Below are positions 47,470-61,190 of a stretch of 64,000 nucleotides of DNA, piece after piece. Within the stretch, counting starts at the first letter, position 1. Each line of letters begins with the position of its first letter. The stretch comes from Psammoneis japonica. Its lineage: Eukaryota. The stretch spans positions 310,001 to 374,000 of the forward strand of contig QPGO01000003.1 in the NCBI GenBank assembly GCA_008632985.1. Direction: 5' to 3'. The position numbers and the translations under genes are program-made. The notes under the pieces are model-generated. The model ran no database searches. It saw only the letters and a program-made list of their open reading frames with translations, and was not told where the DNA came from.

Positions 47470-48000
47470 CAATCAGCTGGCTTTGGATTCTCCAGATGGA
47501 GGCACCCAACAGAAGCAGCTGGTGACAGTGCATGTGCCATGAAGTGCCAAGCGTTTTGCTTCCTTCAAGCTTTCCTTCAGTCTGGGCTGGACCATTGCAA
47601 TCCAGCTCTGCACTCTTGTTGTGCAGAACTCTTGATGCTCTTCTGCCAAGTCCAACAAAACCCCATGGTCTTTTGCCACATGCTCTTTTGTCATTTGTTG
47701 CATGCCACAGTCAATTGGCCTTGACCTGTTGTCTTTGGGAAGATTGAGTCAACATCATGTCTGTGCACCAAACGGTTGTGCTCCTCCCAGAGCTCCCGCC
47801 ATTGTCTCCATGTGTGAGAGCCAAATTTTGAGCTGTCCAATCTGGAGTTTGCTTGCTCTCTTCCTGATGCCAGCAGCTGGCAGAGGAGACCTGAATCACA
47901 AAGATGGTCTGATCAAAGAATGTTCAAGAGGAGAGAATGGCATCCATTGAACACCTGAATTCCATGCAGGCCTCAACTGAAATCCACAACAATGAAGTGT
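47470..48000 (-). mobile_element. 3' remnant of a non-LTR (LINE-like) retrotransposon ORF
   Basis: The minus strand reads TWRQWRELWEEHNRLVHRHD (W..W.LW..RN..VH pattern), followed by LDLAEEHQEFCTTRVQSWIAMVQP..ESLKEAK..GTCTVTSCF, resembling LINE ORF2 C-termini. Confidence 0.55.
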
Positions 48001-49091
48001 CTGTGTGCAGCACAATTGGAGTGCGCAAAGGCAGGATGAAAGTCACTCAACCACATCTTTCAGCAGTGCAGCTGCAGACAATGTGGTGATTTGCATCACC
48101 CCTGCTTCTCCTCAAACTGATGTCAGTGCTTGAACAACAGTGCAGCTCTGCAGTTGCATGAGCCACCTTTTCTCTGGCTGTGGCAGTGAACGCAGTTTGT
48201 GCGTGAAAGCTTCTGAGCAAACAAAGGCAAGCAGCTGCCTTGGCTGCAAGCAAATCTGCTGCAGTGTGATCAAAAAGTGGTGAGGAGGAAAAGATGCTGT
48301 CAGCAGTTGGCGAGAATTGCAGTGGCCGATGGCTGCCAGTGGTCTTCAGATGATGGCATGTGCAGCTCAGGTGCATGGCAAGCTCCACTTTCAAGGAGCA
48401 CGCAGCACTCTTGTTGGGTGTTTTCCTGGTCATTTGGCTGCATTCAGTCAACTTTCAGGGGCTCATCGTGCTTAAAAAAAAATGGCTGCTGAAGCCATCT
48501 GATGCATGAAAACAATCTGCTCATGTCTGAATGACAAAGGCACGCTGCTGAGTTGATCACCAATGGACAATTTTTGACTGAGCTTGGCTGCCACAACAAG
48601 TTTGCAACTGCCTCTGAGAAATGATCTGCAAAAAATTTGTCACATGGGATGATGCCTGGACTTCCAAGACAATGTGAGCAAACCCTCTTTTTGCAGGTGG
48701 AGCGCACTTTCATTGACTTCCTTTGAGCACATCATTTCATGTGCACGAAGTTTGGGCTCACACAGACCATTGAAATTTTTTAAGTCTTAAGATTGGCTGT
48801 CAGATGGTTGTCACAACTTGCATCTTTTATTGCACCACGGTGTTGCAGCAATGTGAAAAGCTCATGCACTGTGTCCCAAGAAGTGAGCTTGCAGAACGGC
48901 ATCAGTTGAGCTGTGAGCGGTTGAGCGCATGGCTGAATTCAGTCATTCTGTCTGGCTGAGCGGGTCACGATCGAGAACACCGGCACGAATGCACCGCACT
49001 GCAGACCATGGCCCACGGCAGCAAAAACTGCGGCGTTGGGTGTCGGGCGCTGCGTTTTCTGGGGTCGCATCTCGCACCTCCTTGCCTCGCC

Positions 49092-50027
49092 ATGAGTGAT
49101 CAAAAAGCTGTGTCCAAGGGCCAATCTCTTGATTGGGATGCCAAAAGCAACAAAGAGATTGACAAAGCTGATTTGGAGCTTTGCAAACAAGTTGTCAAGT
49201 GCTGCGAAATGCTTCTTCCCGACCATCTTGGGAGCGGTTTCTTTGACCAATCCTTCCTGAGCTTCCACGATGGCCCAGATTTTTCAGCAGATGGAACCTT
49301 TTGCTCAGAACCAAGGTCTTTGTCTAGTGTCCAGAACCACCACACGACAGACCCCCGTCACCTGTTGCACACTGTCGCCTGGATTCTCAGTGATGCTGGT
49401 GCAAATGCTGTGATTCGAATTTTCTGTTGTGAGCTTGCCGACCTCGCAGCAATCAAATTGCTGATCAATGCAGGACAAAAATGTGATGTGCAAGTGATCT
49501 TGCATCCCTGTGCAAACAATGAAGACGCTCTGAAGGAGTTCATGCAGATTGCAGGTGCATTGGGTTGCAATGCGCTCATGGAGAATCTCGAAATCCGATT
49601 GGCAAATGTGATGGGCACACAGTGCAAGTCGAGAAAGGTGTCCATGCACAACAAATCCATTGTCACTCACCGCTGCACAACATTTGGAAGCTGCAATTTG
49701 TCAACCTTTGCCCACATTGGAAATTGGGAGTCTCTCTGTGCCGTTGAAATGACAGAAGCACACATTGGCCACTTTGACGTGATCTGGAATGTACCCTGCA
49801 CTTGACCAATCGAACGTCATTGTCAGTTTCTTGTGAACGCCACGATGGGACCTCGAAGATGCGCTCGTGTGGCAGCATGGCAAGTGCAAGCTCAACGAGT
49901 GCAAGAACTTCATGCTCAACAAATGCAACAACGCGAACAAGATCCATTGCAACAGGGTCACCAGCCAAACGGCAATGCATGGCACTCTGTCAAGTTAATT
50001 CCTGGCAATCATGTAAACTCAACATGA
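49092..50027 (+). pseudogene. Phospholipase D superfamily (Nuc/Zucchini-like single HxK domain) protein, TpA-mutated
   Basis: IRIFCCELAD..IKLL, VQVILH, SMHNKSIVTHRCTTFGSCNLS..A..GNWES and HFDVIWN. An in-frame TGA at 49803 is followed by continuation in the same frame. No Tyr. Confidence 0.7.
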
Positions 50028-53000
50028 ACTCCATGGGGCAAGGGCACCTCTTCAGGATGTTGACACTGGGCAGTCACACACAGACCATGGCAGATCTGGT
50101 CATGGGCGCCCATGCATCTGGTCAACTTCAATGGGAGTGAGAACGTTCCAACTGAGACCGTTCGAGAGATTGAAGAGCTTCATGGCAAATCTTTGCAGGC
50201 TGAAAAGCCGCAACATTGAAAAAGGAAATGACAAACTTTGTGCGGTCAATCATTTTCTGCTCCACGCAAAACATGAAATTGAAAACATAAATTCGATTGA
50301 GTTGCCTTTGACTTTGGCGGCAATGTGAGCGGGAGATGATGAGAAGGAGTTCAACAAATGCCTGTCTCAGATGGCCACACTTGTGATTGCCACCCAACGA
50401 CATCTTGAAAAATCCAAGAAGCAAATGGGACATGGTTCTTGATTGAGGGCAATGCCAGGAGACACATCAAGGACTCTCTGCATCTTGGAGGCCGCATCAT
50501 GCCCCCCGTCTCGTGTCCCCGGTTGTCCCCACAAGATTTTTGTCAAAAATCCAGAATTTGAAATCCAGCTGCATCGGGGACACAAGGCATGCCCAGTGTG
50601 CCCTCACAGCACCTCTGCAGCCAAAATGAGATGTCAGTGCTGCCTTCAGTTGACACTGCACAGTCTCCATGAGATGCCACAAGCTGCTGCAACAACACAT
50701 CATGGGTGAATTTGTTGGTCTTGAAGTGTGGCAAAGTTCTCAGTGCCAGATCATCATGAGAATTTTTGCTCCTCTTGCTGGTCAAGAAAGTCATGACACA
50801 AGTCTCTTTTCATCCGAAGGTGCTCAGGCAATGACAGAGTGTTTTGAGATGGGACCAAGGCAATTCATTGTGTGCCATCAGCTGCATCATTTGTGCTTTG
50901 TTATCTTGGTGCCATGTGCTGGCTTTCATGGCTCAAATCGTTTGTTCATTGCACTGAGAAGAAAGCCTGAGCACCCATCATGTTAGAAGCAAAGATGCCA
51001 GAGTGGAGAAAAAGCTGCCCCATGTCACATTGAGCAGTGTTGGCTTTCTGCACTTTCAGCAGGTGTCATGCATATGTGCACAGGTGATGACACAAGGAAG
51101 AGATTTGGCTGCTTTTGTTTTGCCATGACAGCGGACTTTCTAAGATGCCAGTGCTGCTTTTTGAATGGCGTGGAGCTCTTTTCAGTGCTGCAAGCTGAGC
51201 AGAAGAGCTCTGTGGTCACAGATGCCAAGGCACCAATTTTTTCACTTGCAAGCTGGGCATCCTCTGCATGGGTGCTCTTCATCTGTTCTTGAGGATTTTC
51301 TCAATGCTGACATGGGCAACAAAGCACATCAGAGGGGGGGCTCACTTCAGGTCCTGTGCTGTTCCTGTGTTTTTTTTTTGTTCAATGAGTGCCAACCCAA
51401 GTGCAGTTTGGCCAACCCCTGCTGTTTCAATGGAACCCTGTGTGATTCTCCCACAGGACCTGCAACAACCCTGCAGGAGCTGCAGCATTCACGCAGGTGT
51501 TCTGACACTTTAATTTGGCTGATTGCCCATGGCTGAGACATGTGGTGCACCCCCAATTTTTCAATTCCTGCCTTTGGCCTCCTGCTTTTGGACTCTCATC
51601 TTGCCATTGTCTCTCCCCCTGCTCCAACCTCATGCAACAGAAACAAAAATTTCAACTTGTGCACGTCTCTTGGCACACATGCCTTGCAAAAATTTTGCTT
51701 TTCTGCTGTCTTTTTCTTGTGCAATTTTTTGTTGTTGCACAACAGCTTCCTTCTTGGACTTTCGCTGCCCCCCAAAACCAACTTTAAATCTGCTGCAGCA
51801 CACTGCATTTGATGGGTCCTCCATCTCCATTTGTTCTGTCACTGCGCAATCTTCCTTGCTCCAGAAAATTGCTTTCCATCACCCAGTTTTTCTTCACATC
51901 TTTTGGGGCTGCCCTTTTTTTGCCATTGTGAGTTTTCAAACCTGCAGCTCACTGAAAGAGCAACTGGTGCACTGCTGCTGATGCACCAGGGGTGTTGGGA
52001 CATCTTGATCACGAGTGTTGCAGCAGGGAACCCAAATCCATTGGGGAAAAGATGTTTTGTTTTGACTCCTGGCATGGCAGATGGCTCTTTGGCTTTTCAA
52101 GCAAGTCTGTGGTGTGACAGATCTGCCCCCAGTGGTGGCATCATCAGCCCCAACAAATTTGACCCTGATGCATGGTTTTGGTGTGCAGAGAGGACCAACA
52201 ATTGCGTGGCTGTGCCAGGGCTCATTCCATGGCCCCCATTTTTGTTGGGGTTGCAGCTGGTGGTTGTTTTGAAATGGTCCTGCCAGCTGATGACTGACAA
52301 TTCTGCCAGGGTTCATCCCATGCCCCCCCCACATCAGTCATCAGTGCTGGTCTCAGTGTGGATGAGACAATTGCATGGCTGCTGCTGGCGGGGCATGTCT
52401 GGTGATGGCCCCTGTTTTTTTGTCCACCCCACCCAGGCAAAAAACAAACAAATCACTCACAGTGGCTCACAACTGGCACAGCAGGAAACTCATGGCTGAT
52501 GCAACAAAGTGGTGCCTGCACGTGTGTTTCCTTTGATGGGGACAAAAAGCCATTGTCGTCAGTGCACTGTGTTGTTGGCAGCCACACTTGTGCATGGAGC
52601 GCAGTCGCCGTCAAGTCACCATCATGGTCTTTGGCAGTGATTTTCTCACCCCAAACAAGTGCCAAGAAACCTGCAAAACTGATGAACCATGATGTGGTTT
52701 GGGAGGACATGCATGGAAACACACCATGTGCAATTTTCTCCAGAAAAATGAGGCCAGGGTTGGGGTTGGGGTCACGACAGAAGCATGCATTGTGTCAAAC
52801 AGACATCACTGTATCGATTTATGTAAAGTTATCATAGACACCTGATCATCTTTAACTTTTTTCCCATCGTTCCTCGGGGGTTTTGGCGCACCGCTAACAC
52901 GGCGCCGATGCAGGACACGCACGTACGGAAAGACTCGTACAGACTTTCGTATGTAGAAACTTGGTAGTCATTTACTAAAATTCCAAAAAAAGTCGCACTT

Positions 53001-53998
53001 TTGAATGTTTGTCTCGCGCACGTGTGCGCGGTTATTAGACTGTGTAGGTGTGTGTACGTGTGTGAGGTGTAAGTAGGATATACGTAGAATTACTACTGAG
53101 TGATTGACATGCCGTGGATTTTCCGCCGGTACACAATCTACGTGGTCTACATGGAACATAAATTTATATTGGTCTCTGAAGCTATTACATATCATTGATT
53201 TTGCTAATGCCTCTAATATATGTATATACCAATTCAAAAGTCTGACAGAACACCCCGAAAGAACTCTGGAATCTGGATAAAAAAAATTTCTATTTAACGG
53301 TGCGAACAGGGTTGTCGCGAAGCGCTTCTCAAAATAACTTCAGATTGCATATAGTGAAACATCTACTATTACCAAAACACAGTGACTATCGGATAAATAG
53401 ATACCGTGGTCTTCGCGCGCAAACAACACGATACGCACAACAACACCATGGCGAGAAACGCGAACGCCGTCCCCTCATCTACAAGCTGGGAATACGAGAT
53501 ACTATTGAAGTGGTTGGACAATATGTATGCGCTGTATTCATGGGTCAAGTTGGGTTTCTTCTCGCTGCTTGTTGTTGCGTCATTTTACAACGTTTTGACC
53601 CACGCCGTTTTCTTTGCTTTGTTGCTTCTGCTCGCGCGCCACCAACAGCTCTTCCTGCAGGGTAGGCCGTATGGCTAGTTGCACGGCTGCATCGAACCCA
53701 AACGTGCGCGACCAACTAGCCCTACCCCGGCTAACTCATATTAGTGTCCAGATAATTTAATATCATGATTTCGCTCATGTATGTACAATTTTTTTCGAGT
53801 TGTTGTTTTGAAGAGAGTCGTTCTCAACGCTCACAAAATGACTCATCGCATCCGCCGCTGCGCGTCCGTTGATTGACCGTTGAGAATCTAAAATCCAACC
53901 AGACCACCTGTCACCTTTCTCCGCTTTTTTGACTTGTGTTACTGTTGTTTTGCCGCGTTCTTCTTGTTGTAGCTTACGGTTTGCTTCTTCTATATAAT

Positions 53999-55968
53999 AT
54001 GGTACAAGAAATGGACGCCATGATTTTCATCACGTGTTGTGTGTCAGCAGCTGTTGCTGTCCTTGTTGGCATCATGCCGTTGCCAGTTTTGATTCGAAAA
54101 GCACGACCGATTTTGGTGTTTACAGCCATTGCCGTTTGGTTTACCCATCGTGTGTTGCACTTGTCTGGCTTTTCGCCAAATCAGAGTTTGTTGCATCTCG
54201 TGTTGCATGGACTGGAATTTATGGAAAGTTACATTCAAGAACGAATCGAGTCCTTGTCGTTTCTGGCTCCGGTGTCCAATGTCTTGACGGTATCGCTCAA
54301 GTTGTTTTGGTTGTTGCTACAAGACGTCATGGCGCTCCTTGGCATTCGATCCTCGTGTCGCTTGCTTTTCAAGGCACGACATTACACCCTGGTTGAAATC
54401 AAGGACGCGATTGTACAGGGCGCATTTGAGTTTGGAAATGCCCACGTGCCCATGGTGCAAAAGGAAATGTCCAAGATTCGTGAAAAGACCGTGCAAGATA
54501 TTCGCCATTCTCTGGGCAAGAACAAGTCCAAGGTTCCCGTGTATACAACCTTGCCCTTGGATGGAGTTTCTCATAAAGAAATTTTAAAGGTAACGCGGAT
54601 AGTCTATAGTGACACGGAAAGGCACTCGAAACACGACCAACCAATTTCTTATTGTCTTGTTTCCTTTATTCTTGGCAATTTACACAGCAAATGCAACACT
54701 GTTCAACAGAAGAGAACAAAAGGTGGCAGAGTGGTAAATTATCGGGAACCGTTTATCCATCCGATGCGGCGCACACTCGTCTCATGAATCAAGTCTACGC
54801 CTTGTACTCATGGTCCAATCCACTTCACTTGGGTGTTTGGTCATCGGTCAATCAGTACGAGGCTCAAGTCGTCACCATGGCGGCCAACATGTTGGGCGGT
54901 AATAACAAGGCGGTGGGAACCACGTCATCGGGTGGGACGGAAAGCATCATTTTGGCCATTCGTGCCCATGCCGAACTGTATGGACGACGCCGTGGCATTG
55001 ACACTCCGGAAATTATTTGTGGACCAACGGCGCATTGTTCGGTCGACAAGGCGGTCGATTTGATTCGTGGTTTGCGCATTGTTCGGGTCGAGTGTGATCC
55101 TACATCCTTTACGCTCGTGCCGTCCGCGGTGGAAAAGGCCATTTCGTCCAACACAATCATGATTTATGCGTCGGCACCGTGCTATCCACAGGGCGTTGTT
55201 GATCCTGTTGAAGAGCTCTCCGAGTTGGCCTTGAAATATGATATCGGACTGCATGTGGATGCATGTTTGGGTGGATTTGTCTTGCCCTTTGCCCGAAAGC
55301 TGGGTCACCCCATTCCAAAGTTTGATTTTGAATGCCCCGGTGTCACCAGCATGAGTGCCGACACGCACAAGTACGGCTACTCCAGCAAGGGGACAAGCGT
55401 GGTGTTGTATCGAGACGAGGAGCTGCGTCGTGCGCAATACTTTTGTTGTGCTCAATGGACGGGCGGTTTGTACATTACTCCCACCATTGCCGGCTCACGG
55501 CCGGGAGCGTTGTTTGCGTGTGCGTGGGCCGCCATGGTGTCGTTGGGTGAATCGGGATACACTGCGGGTGTCGCAAAGATTTTGGAGGCGTCTGCAAAAA
55601 TCGCAAAGGGCATTGCGGAGATGGATGGTTTGTACGTTTTGGGGACTCAAAAACCGACAATGGTGGTGTGCTTTGGCTCGGATGAATTTGACATTTACAG
55701 AGTCGGTGATGACATGACGAGCAAGGGATACGAATTGAACGCACTCCAACGGCCAGCCTGTCTTCACGTGTGTGTGACTCAAAGCACGGTCGACATCATG
55801 GATGTGCTATTAAACGACTTGCGCCAATCAGTTGCCAAAGTGAGAAAGGAAGGCTCGGGTGGTAAGAAACAAGGAAACGCCGCCATCTATGGCACGGCTG
55901 GTAGTTTTCCTGCGGGACCTGTGAACGACATTTTGCAATGTGTTCCGGATGTCGCCTTTACTCCCTAA
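53999..55968 (+). CDS. Sphingosine-1-phosphate lyase (PLP-dependent, group II decarboxylase fold); 2 exons (53999-54589, 54688-55968)
   Basis: GKLSGTVY, SNPLH, TSSGGTESI, LHVDACLGGF, SADTHKYG (PLP lysine), TPTIAGSRPG and AAIYG; GTAACG...ACAG intron; N-terminal TM segments. Confidence 0.92.
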
Positions 55969-56299
55969 TGCATACGGCACGACTATGACTTCTTTTTTTT
56001 TTGTAGCGAGCCATGGGTATTTCAGCGGACGTGGTGCTAAGAAGTGAGTTAGTAATGTCTCGTGTCACTCGTCTCGAATCATCAGTCGTCACAGTTCCAA
56101 CAGTGACAACAACGTAGCAAAACTTTTTTGGCCGTCACGGCGACAGGATTCACTAGAGTTTTGTGGATCGGGATCTTTTTTGGTGTACGCACCCATTGAA
56201 AATGGGTAAGGTGGGGCTGCAGGACCGCGACAAAAGTCTGAATGGGATGGTTTTAGGTCAGACATCTCCCATTGTAGTGCACCTTTGAACATTGTTGTA

Positions 56300-56720
56300 C
56301 AGAGCAGTTCATTTTTACACAGCACAAGGAGACACAGCACCACATGGAGAGGAGGACAATCCTCAAAGTCCACTTCTGTCAGTTGGCAACAGCTTCAAAC
56401 GTCATCACTGAACCTGCATTGCCAGTGCCCCTCGTGTCATCAAAGGCCAATTGCAACCACTTGGCACCACCACTTCCAAGAATGTTTCCATCCACAAGCA
56501 GGTTCTTTGCTGAAATCTTGACCAAAACACCTCAACTCCAACAGCTTTCCACTCCTCACCAGAAGCAGAGCACCTTAAAAGTCTCTGACTGCTCTCTTAG
56601 ATTGACAAACAACAGAGCCACTTGCACTTAAAAAACAAACAGAAGCAGAAAACATGCAGAGACGAGTGCATCTGTCATTGAAAGAAGAACCCCCCAAACA
56701 ACAGCAGTGCTGTTCCTTCG
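56300..56720. repeat. Small TpA-depleted repeat fragment
   Basis: About 400 bp with only two TTAAAA and one TTAG, set between TA-normal flanks. Confidence 0.45.
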
Positions 56721-56882
56721 ACTGCTACGCCAGCACAGAAGAATGCGTATTTTCTGCAGACGGCTTATAATGCCATCGATAGTTCTGCTGATAGCACGGC
56801 TTGCGATATATATATATTTTCTAAAAGATTAAGAATTTTATATACACAGACAAGCTTCGCAAGGGAATGTGGGATGGATATC

Positions 56883-57846
56883 GAGAATTACTAATTCCTC
56901 ACCACGGAGATGCTCACCAAATGCTCACCACGACTTTTTCGTTAAATATATTACGTCAGTCTCTCCGTCATATGCGAACTGCCACATCACTCTTTCAAAC
57001 CAAACATAATCCCCCCCCCCATCAAAACCGACCAAAACTGACGGCAACGCCCAGAAAACAGAAAACAACACGCATCGACAACATGGTGGCACACAGAGCA
57101 TGAAAATGATGGCCCGTAACGGCGTCAAATTTCAACCGTATGACAATAAAAAAGAAGAGCAATCGAACCGTCGTATATTAATTAGACTGTGAAGTTCATT
57201 TCTCTTTTGTCCAGTGCTGTAATCGTAGACTTATGGAGTTTTTTCAGAAGCTGTCAATTGTCAAGTTTTAGATCCTTTTCTCGGGCCATTTCGACCCCTC
57301 AGTCTAAGATCAAACTACATAATAATAAGCCGATTAAATCCTCCATATTTAAGTTAGTCTTTAAGCTTATTGGTGTATCGTGTGGATCTAGTTTAGCTGC
57401 CTTATGCATTGAGTTTGTATGGTGCACGAACAATCCTGTGAATACAACAAGTCTATTTTAGCCATAAGTCCACACCATTTTGCCATTTTCTTCACCTGAC
57501 ATGAACATATGGACTTAATATTATCGTATGGTGCTACTTCTATTGTTTTAAATCTGGAAGAAGTTGTGAGAAACGGCCGCAGACGCCATGGCGACTTACA
57601 CGAAAAACACATCAAGTCATCTCAGTAGATTTCTACATGCGGCTCAGTACGTGACGTCTCAAATCCATCGCCGTTGCTCCACACTACGCTACAGCGCAGT
57701 GGAATTTTCGACTTAGCGAAATTTGGGCGTCGATGAGGAAGGGTGTGAAGGGGGTCGGGTGGGGCGGGAAGCATTCGCGCGACTGACGCAAACAGACGTG
57801 GTGAGCATTTGGTGAGCATCTCCGTGGTGAGGAATTAGTAATTCTC
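56883..57846. mobile_element. Non-autonomous TIR element (964 bp), 50-bp perfect TIRs, 8-bp TSD TGGATATC
   Basis: gagaattactaattcctcaccacggagatgctcaccaaatgctcaccacg at 56883-56932 and its reverse complement at 57797-57846; TSD at 56875-56882 and 57847-57854. Confidence 0.93.
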
Positions 57847-58091
57847 TGGATATCCGCCAGAACACATCTTCGAATGTAGAGAAAGGGCAGAGTCGTCATG
57901 CGACACATGACAAAGTCGATGCAACAGACGGTGTCATTGAAAAAATAAACGGCTCTATAAAGATAGGTCTCTGTACGATGAAATATCGGACAGGCGAGTA
58001 GATGATGGAAATCAATGAGGTACAACAAGACATAGTCTGAACTAGTAAAAATTTAGGCAGCAAAGCAACCAGGAATCCATCTTGACAGTAG

Positions 58092-59036
58092 TTAGGGCAG
58101 CTTAAACGCAAGGTTGTTACTGATATCGAGGCCGCCACTATGAATACCAACTGCCAGGCCATGTAAGTCCGAATCCAAATCGTCGGGCTGTCCTTCGTCA
58201 AGGAGAAAGATAACAGCGCCAGAGCAACCTTCAAAAGTGTTGATATCGTGACCGAAGGTTTTGCCGTTCGCAGAAATTTCTGTGACTTCTCCCGTATAAA
58301 TACAGGCTTGTTGCCTTGGCCCATACCTAGCCACCAAATCTATTGATGACGGGGCTTCGGCGTCCTCGTGGTTTATGTCATGTAAGCGATAAACGGCCAT
58401 TCCGATCTTATGCCCCCTTTCTAGCTCAAAAGTCTTTGGGGCTTGGACAAACAGGAAAGGCATCTTAGTAACGGTGTGCGCTGCAGCCCTTTCTTTGGCA
58501 CCGAAAGAAATATCATCATCTTGTGTATGAATTGCCGCAACGTCCTCAGTCGCAGGTCGCACTTCGATGTAATCCGTCAGCTTGCAGCCTCCATCGGGCA
58601 TTGTAACATCCATTGCACCGGTCTCTGTAAATTGAATACATGCTCGCACGTACTCTTCCCCGTCATCAGCTTCAACATTGTGTTTGGCCGTCACCGGAGT
58701 TACCTCGTAGGACGAGTACTCTTCGAACTTGACCTTTTTCACACCAGAAGTTTCAGCGCTAGGCGAACCCCTGATTTTTGGTCCTCGAAGTAACCCTCCC
58801 TGGCCAAAGCACGCCGGCAGTTGCTCTCTTGTTACCTCGTCCCTGAAAACCACAGTCAACTGGCATGCTTTTCGAGAAACAATAGAAACAAGTTGTCGGG
58901 AAATAGGGGCGGCGCCTGACACGAACGACGTTCCCACTAGTTCACCCACTCGGCTGGCTTCAATCATCCGTTCGTTTCTGCATTTTGTCGTGCTTCCCGT
59001 GGAAGGGATGGAATCTGCTCGCTTTCTACCCGGCAT
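58092..59036 (-). CDS. Protein with a C-terminal trypsin-like peptidase segment
   Basis: YTGEVTEIS..TFGHDINTFEGCSGAVIFLLD (GxSG motif) and LAVGIHSGG..NNLAFKL; normal Tyr and TA content. The catalytic His and Asp were not located. Confidence 0.6.
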   Translation of the reverse strand: MPGRKRADSIPSTGSTTKCRNERMIEASRVGELVGTSFVSGAAPISRQLVSIVSRKACQLTVVFRDEVTREQLPACFGQGGLLRGPKIRGSPSAETSGVKKVKFEEYSSYEVTPVTAKHNVEADDGEEYVRACIQFTETGAMDVTMPDGGCKLTDYIEVRPATEDVAAIHTQDDDISFGAKERAAAHTVTKMPFLFVQAPKTFELERGHKIGMAVYRLHDINHEDAEAPSSIDLVARYGPRQQACIYTGEVTEISANGKTFGHDINTFEGCSGAVIFLLDEGQPDDLDSDLHGLAVGIHSGGLDISNNLAFKLP

Positions 59037-59479
59037 TTGTTCGCACTACAGGTCTCGGTTTCCAAAGAGGGCTCGGTCTATTTTGCTGTATGGAAAGGGC
59101 GAAACGCAAAGTAGTGTTTGTGGTGAGCCGCGCTTGTTTGTGTTCCGATGAAGCTCAAGTGCAGCGTCTTGTTAAGATCGGTTGTTCGCTGCGATGATCT
59201 GTTGTTGATTTTGCACCCAATCGTGCAGACAACGGATGGCTGTCACGCGTCTTCTTCCGTTGGGATGAATAATCGTATTTTTTGGCGCGGCGAAAAACGT
59301 ACGACGTACGGACGTTCCGCCGAGGAGGTGCAGCTATGCGTGCCAGCGTCAGTGCCACGCGATAATCTTAAACACGATTTTTCGTCCCACCAAACATGCT
59401 GCCCACCTAATTCATACATGGCAGTAATTATCAGACCAAATTGAGGGGCTAGAAAGGTGGTCCAGTGGAGCCGTACGGC

Positions 59480-60900
59480 GGTCCCGGTTTTTCGTGACTC
59501 TCAACAACAGCTCGTGTTGCAGAGCTGCTCCGGGAGAAGCCACTGAAACTGCAGAGCAGCCGGAACCGTCCAAGTCTCTGCCATCGTGCATGCCAATCAG
59601 ACAATGTTTTAACAATGTGCACACTTGTGGCTCTCATCACTGACATTGTCACAACTCCAGAGAAGGCCGATGTCCAGTCATTTTCCTGCAAAATGGTCCA
59701 ACCCTTGCCCTCAACACACGCACTCACGACCGTGTCTGAAAACTGCAACCTGACCAAGCATTCACCGACAACTTGAAAGGCTTCTTCACCATGTCAAGAC
59801 ACATGGTTTGATCCACAATTGCTGTTGGGAGGAAGTGCTCTCCAACAAGTTTTTGGACCGCCTCTTCAAATCCATTGACGGCGATGGCATGGTTCGGACA
59901 TGGACAACATCCCACGACAAGCTTCTTGCAGCGGTTGCTGCTGCTGCTGCCTTTTGCTTTGTTCATGGTGGTCTTGTCAAAGACCACACACAGAGAGATT
60001 GGGGGCTTGTCCTTGGCACTGACAAGCACATTTGTGCACTTTCTTCATGTCTGCCAAAGGAAGGCATGCAACTCACACAAGTTGCAATGCTGTTCATCAT
60101 TTTCCTTGAGAGTCAGCAAGCCAGTGCTTTGGGCACAAGATTCTTTGTGCCACATGGTGTTGTCATTCAGCAAACTCTTCTTTGTTCATCTCATGCTCAT
60201 CTTTCCTCAAGTCAGCATCAAATGTCAGCTCCACACTCTTTGTCTCTGCAGGAGCACCTTCATCTTTGTGTCTGCGTTGAGCTTGTTCTTGGCAGCTGAG
60301 TGAAAAGAGACAATGTGTGATGGCAGCAATGCACAGAGAACAGTGTCAATTTTTTTGTTGAAGTGTTCCTTTCTGATCTCACCAACCTTGCAAACTTGTG
60401 CACTGCTGAGAAAGTCTTTTTTCTGGGGGCATTCTGTTTTTGTTGTGCACTTCTTGTTCCGCCTCACCTGCATGCTTCCCACTGCTGTTGCACCACAGTC
60501 ACAGGCCAGCAATGCAGTGCTGCAGGTGCTCTCTCACTTGATCTTCTTGCACACTTGAAAGACCTGTGCTCTTGCAGCTGCTCGCAATTTTTCTTTTCTT
60601 GCACATCTGACAAAAGCTCTTTCTTCTTTTGTTCAAGACTCAGCCACACCAGAAAACAAGGGAGGTGGAGGCTTGTCTCAACAAGAACTCCAAAATCCTT
60701 CTGCAAAGCCCAAAGGGTCATCTTGTCTCCTTCCTTGAGCTCCCTCTGGGTTGATGGGGGGCACACCCACCTCACTGCGGCTTGATGAATGATGATCGCT
60801 GGATTGTATGATGGCCCACTTGGACAGCGACGACACAGCGCAGTTTGCGCGCGAATGAAGGCGGGCAAAGGTGTGAGCAGAAGGGTTGATGGGGGGAGGG
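59480..60900 (-). mobile_element. TpA-depleted retroelement fragment, possibly Gypsy gag-like
   Basis: FEEAVQKLVGEHFLPTAIVDQTMCLDMVKKPFKLSV resembles the gag pattern Q..YL....KP after Tyr reversion. Confidence 0.4.
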
Positions 60901-61190
60901 CTTTGTTTGGAAAAGTGGGTTATGAGCCGCTTATGTCACGTATGTGACGCAGTACACGCATAGCCAGATGGGCCCCCATTCCCCCCCCTTTGGGGGGATT
61001 CCCCAGATCGCAATCACAGCCGGCTGCCGCCTGCTCTTGGAAGATTGCTTGTTGCAACTTTTATTGCAACCAACAACAACACAGTACACATCCGAACAGC
61101 CCATTGTTGTTAGTGTTGCACTCTCAGTGGTGCAGCTCTAACGGATCTAACGAGTATAGCGCACTTTTGTCTACTCTATTTTAGTGCAAA

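Larger units (their letters stand above)
44830..52810. repeat. TpA-depleted nested transposon block
   Basis: TA is nearly absent across about 8 kb and returns sharply at about 52810. Confidence 0.8.

Noticed and set aside
53406..53678. Small hydrophobic ORF (MARNANAVP...) as a membrane protein gene
   Set aside because: No recognisable motif; it lies in an AT-rich intergenic stretch and cannot be supported from sequence alone.
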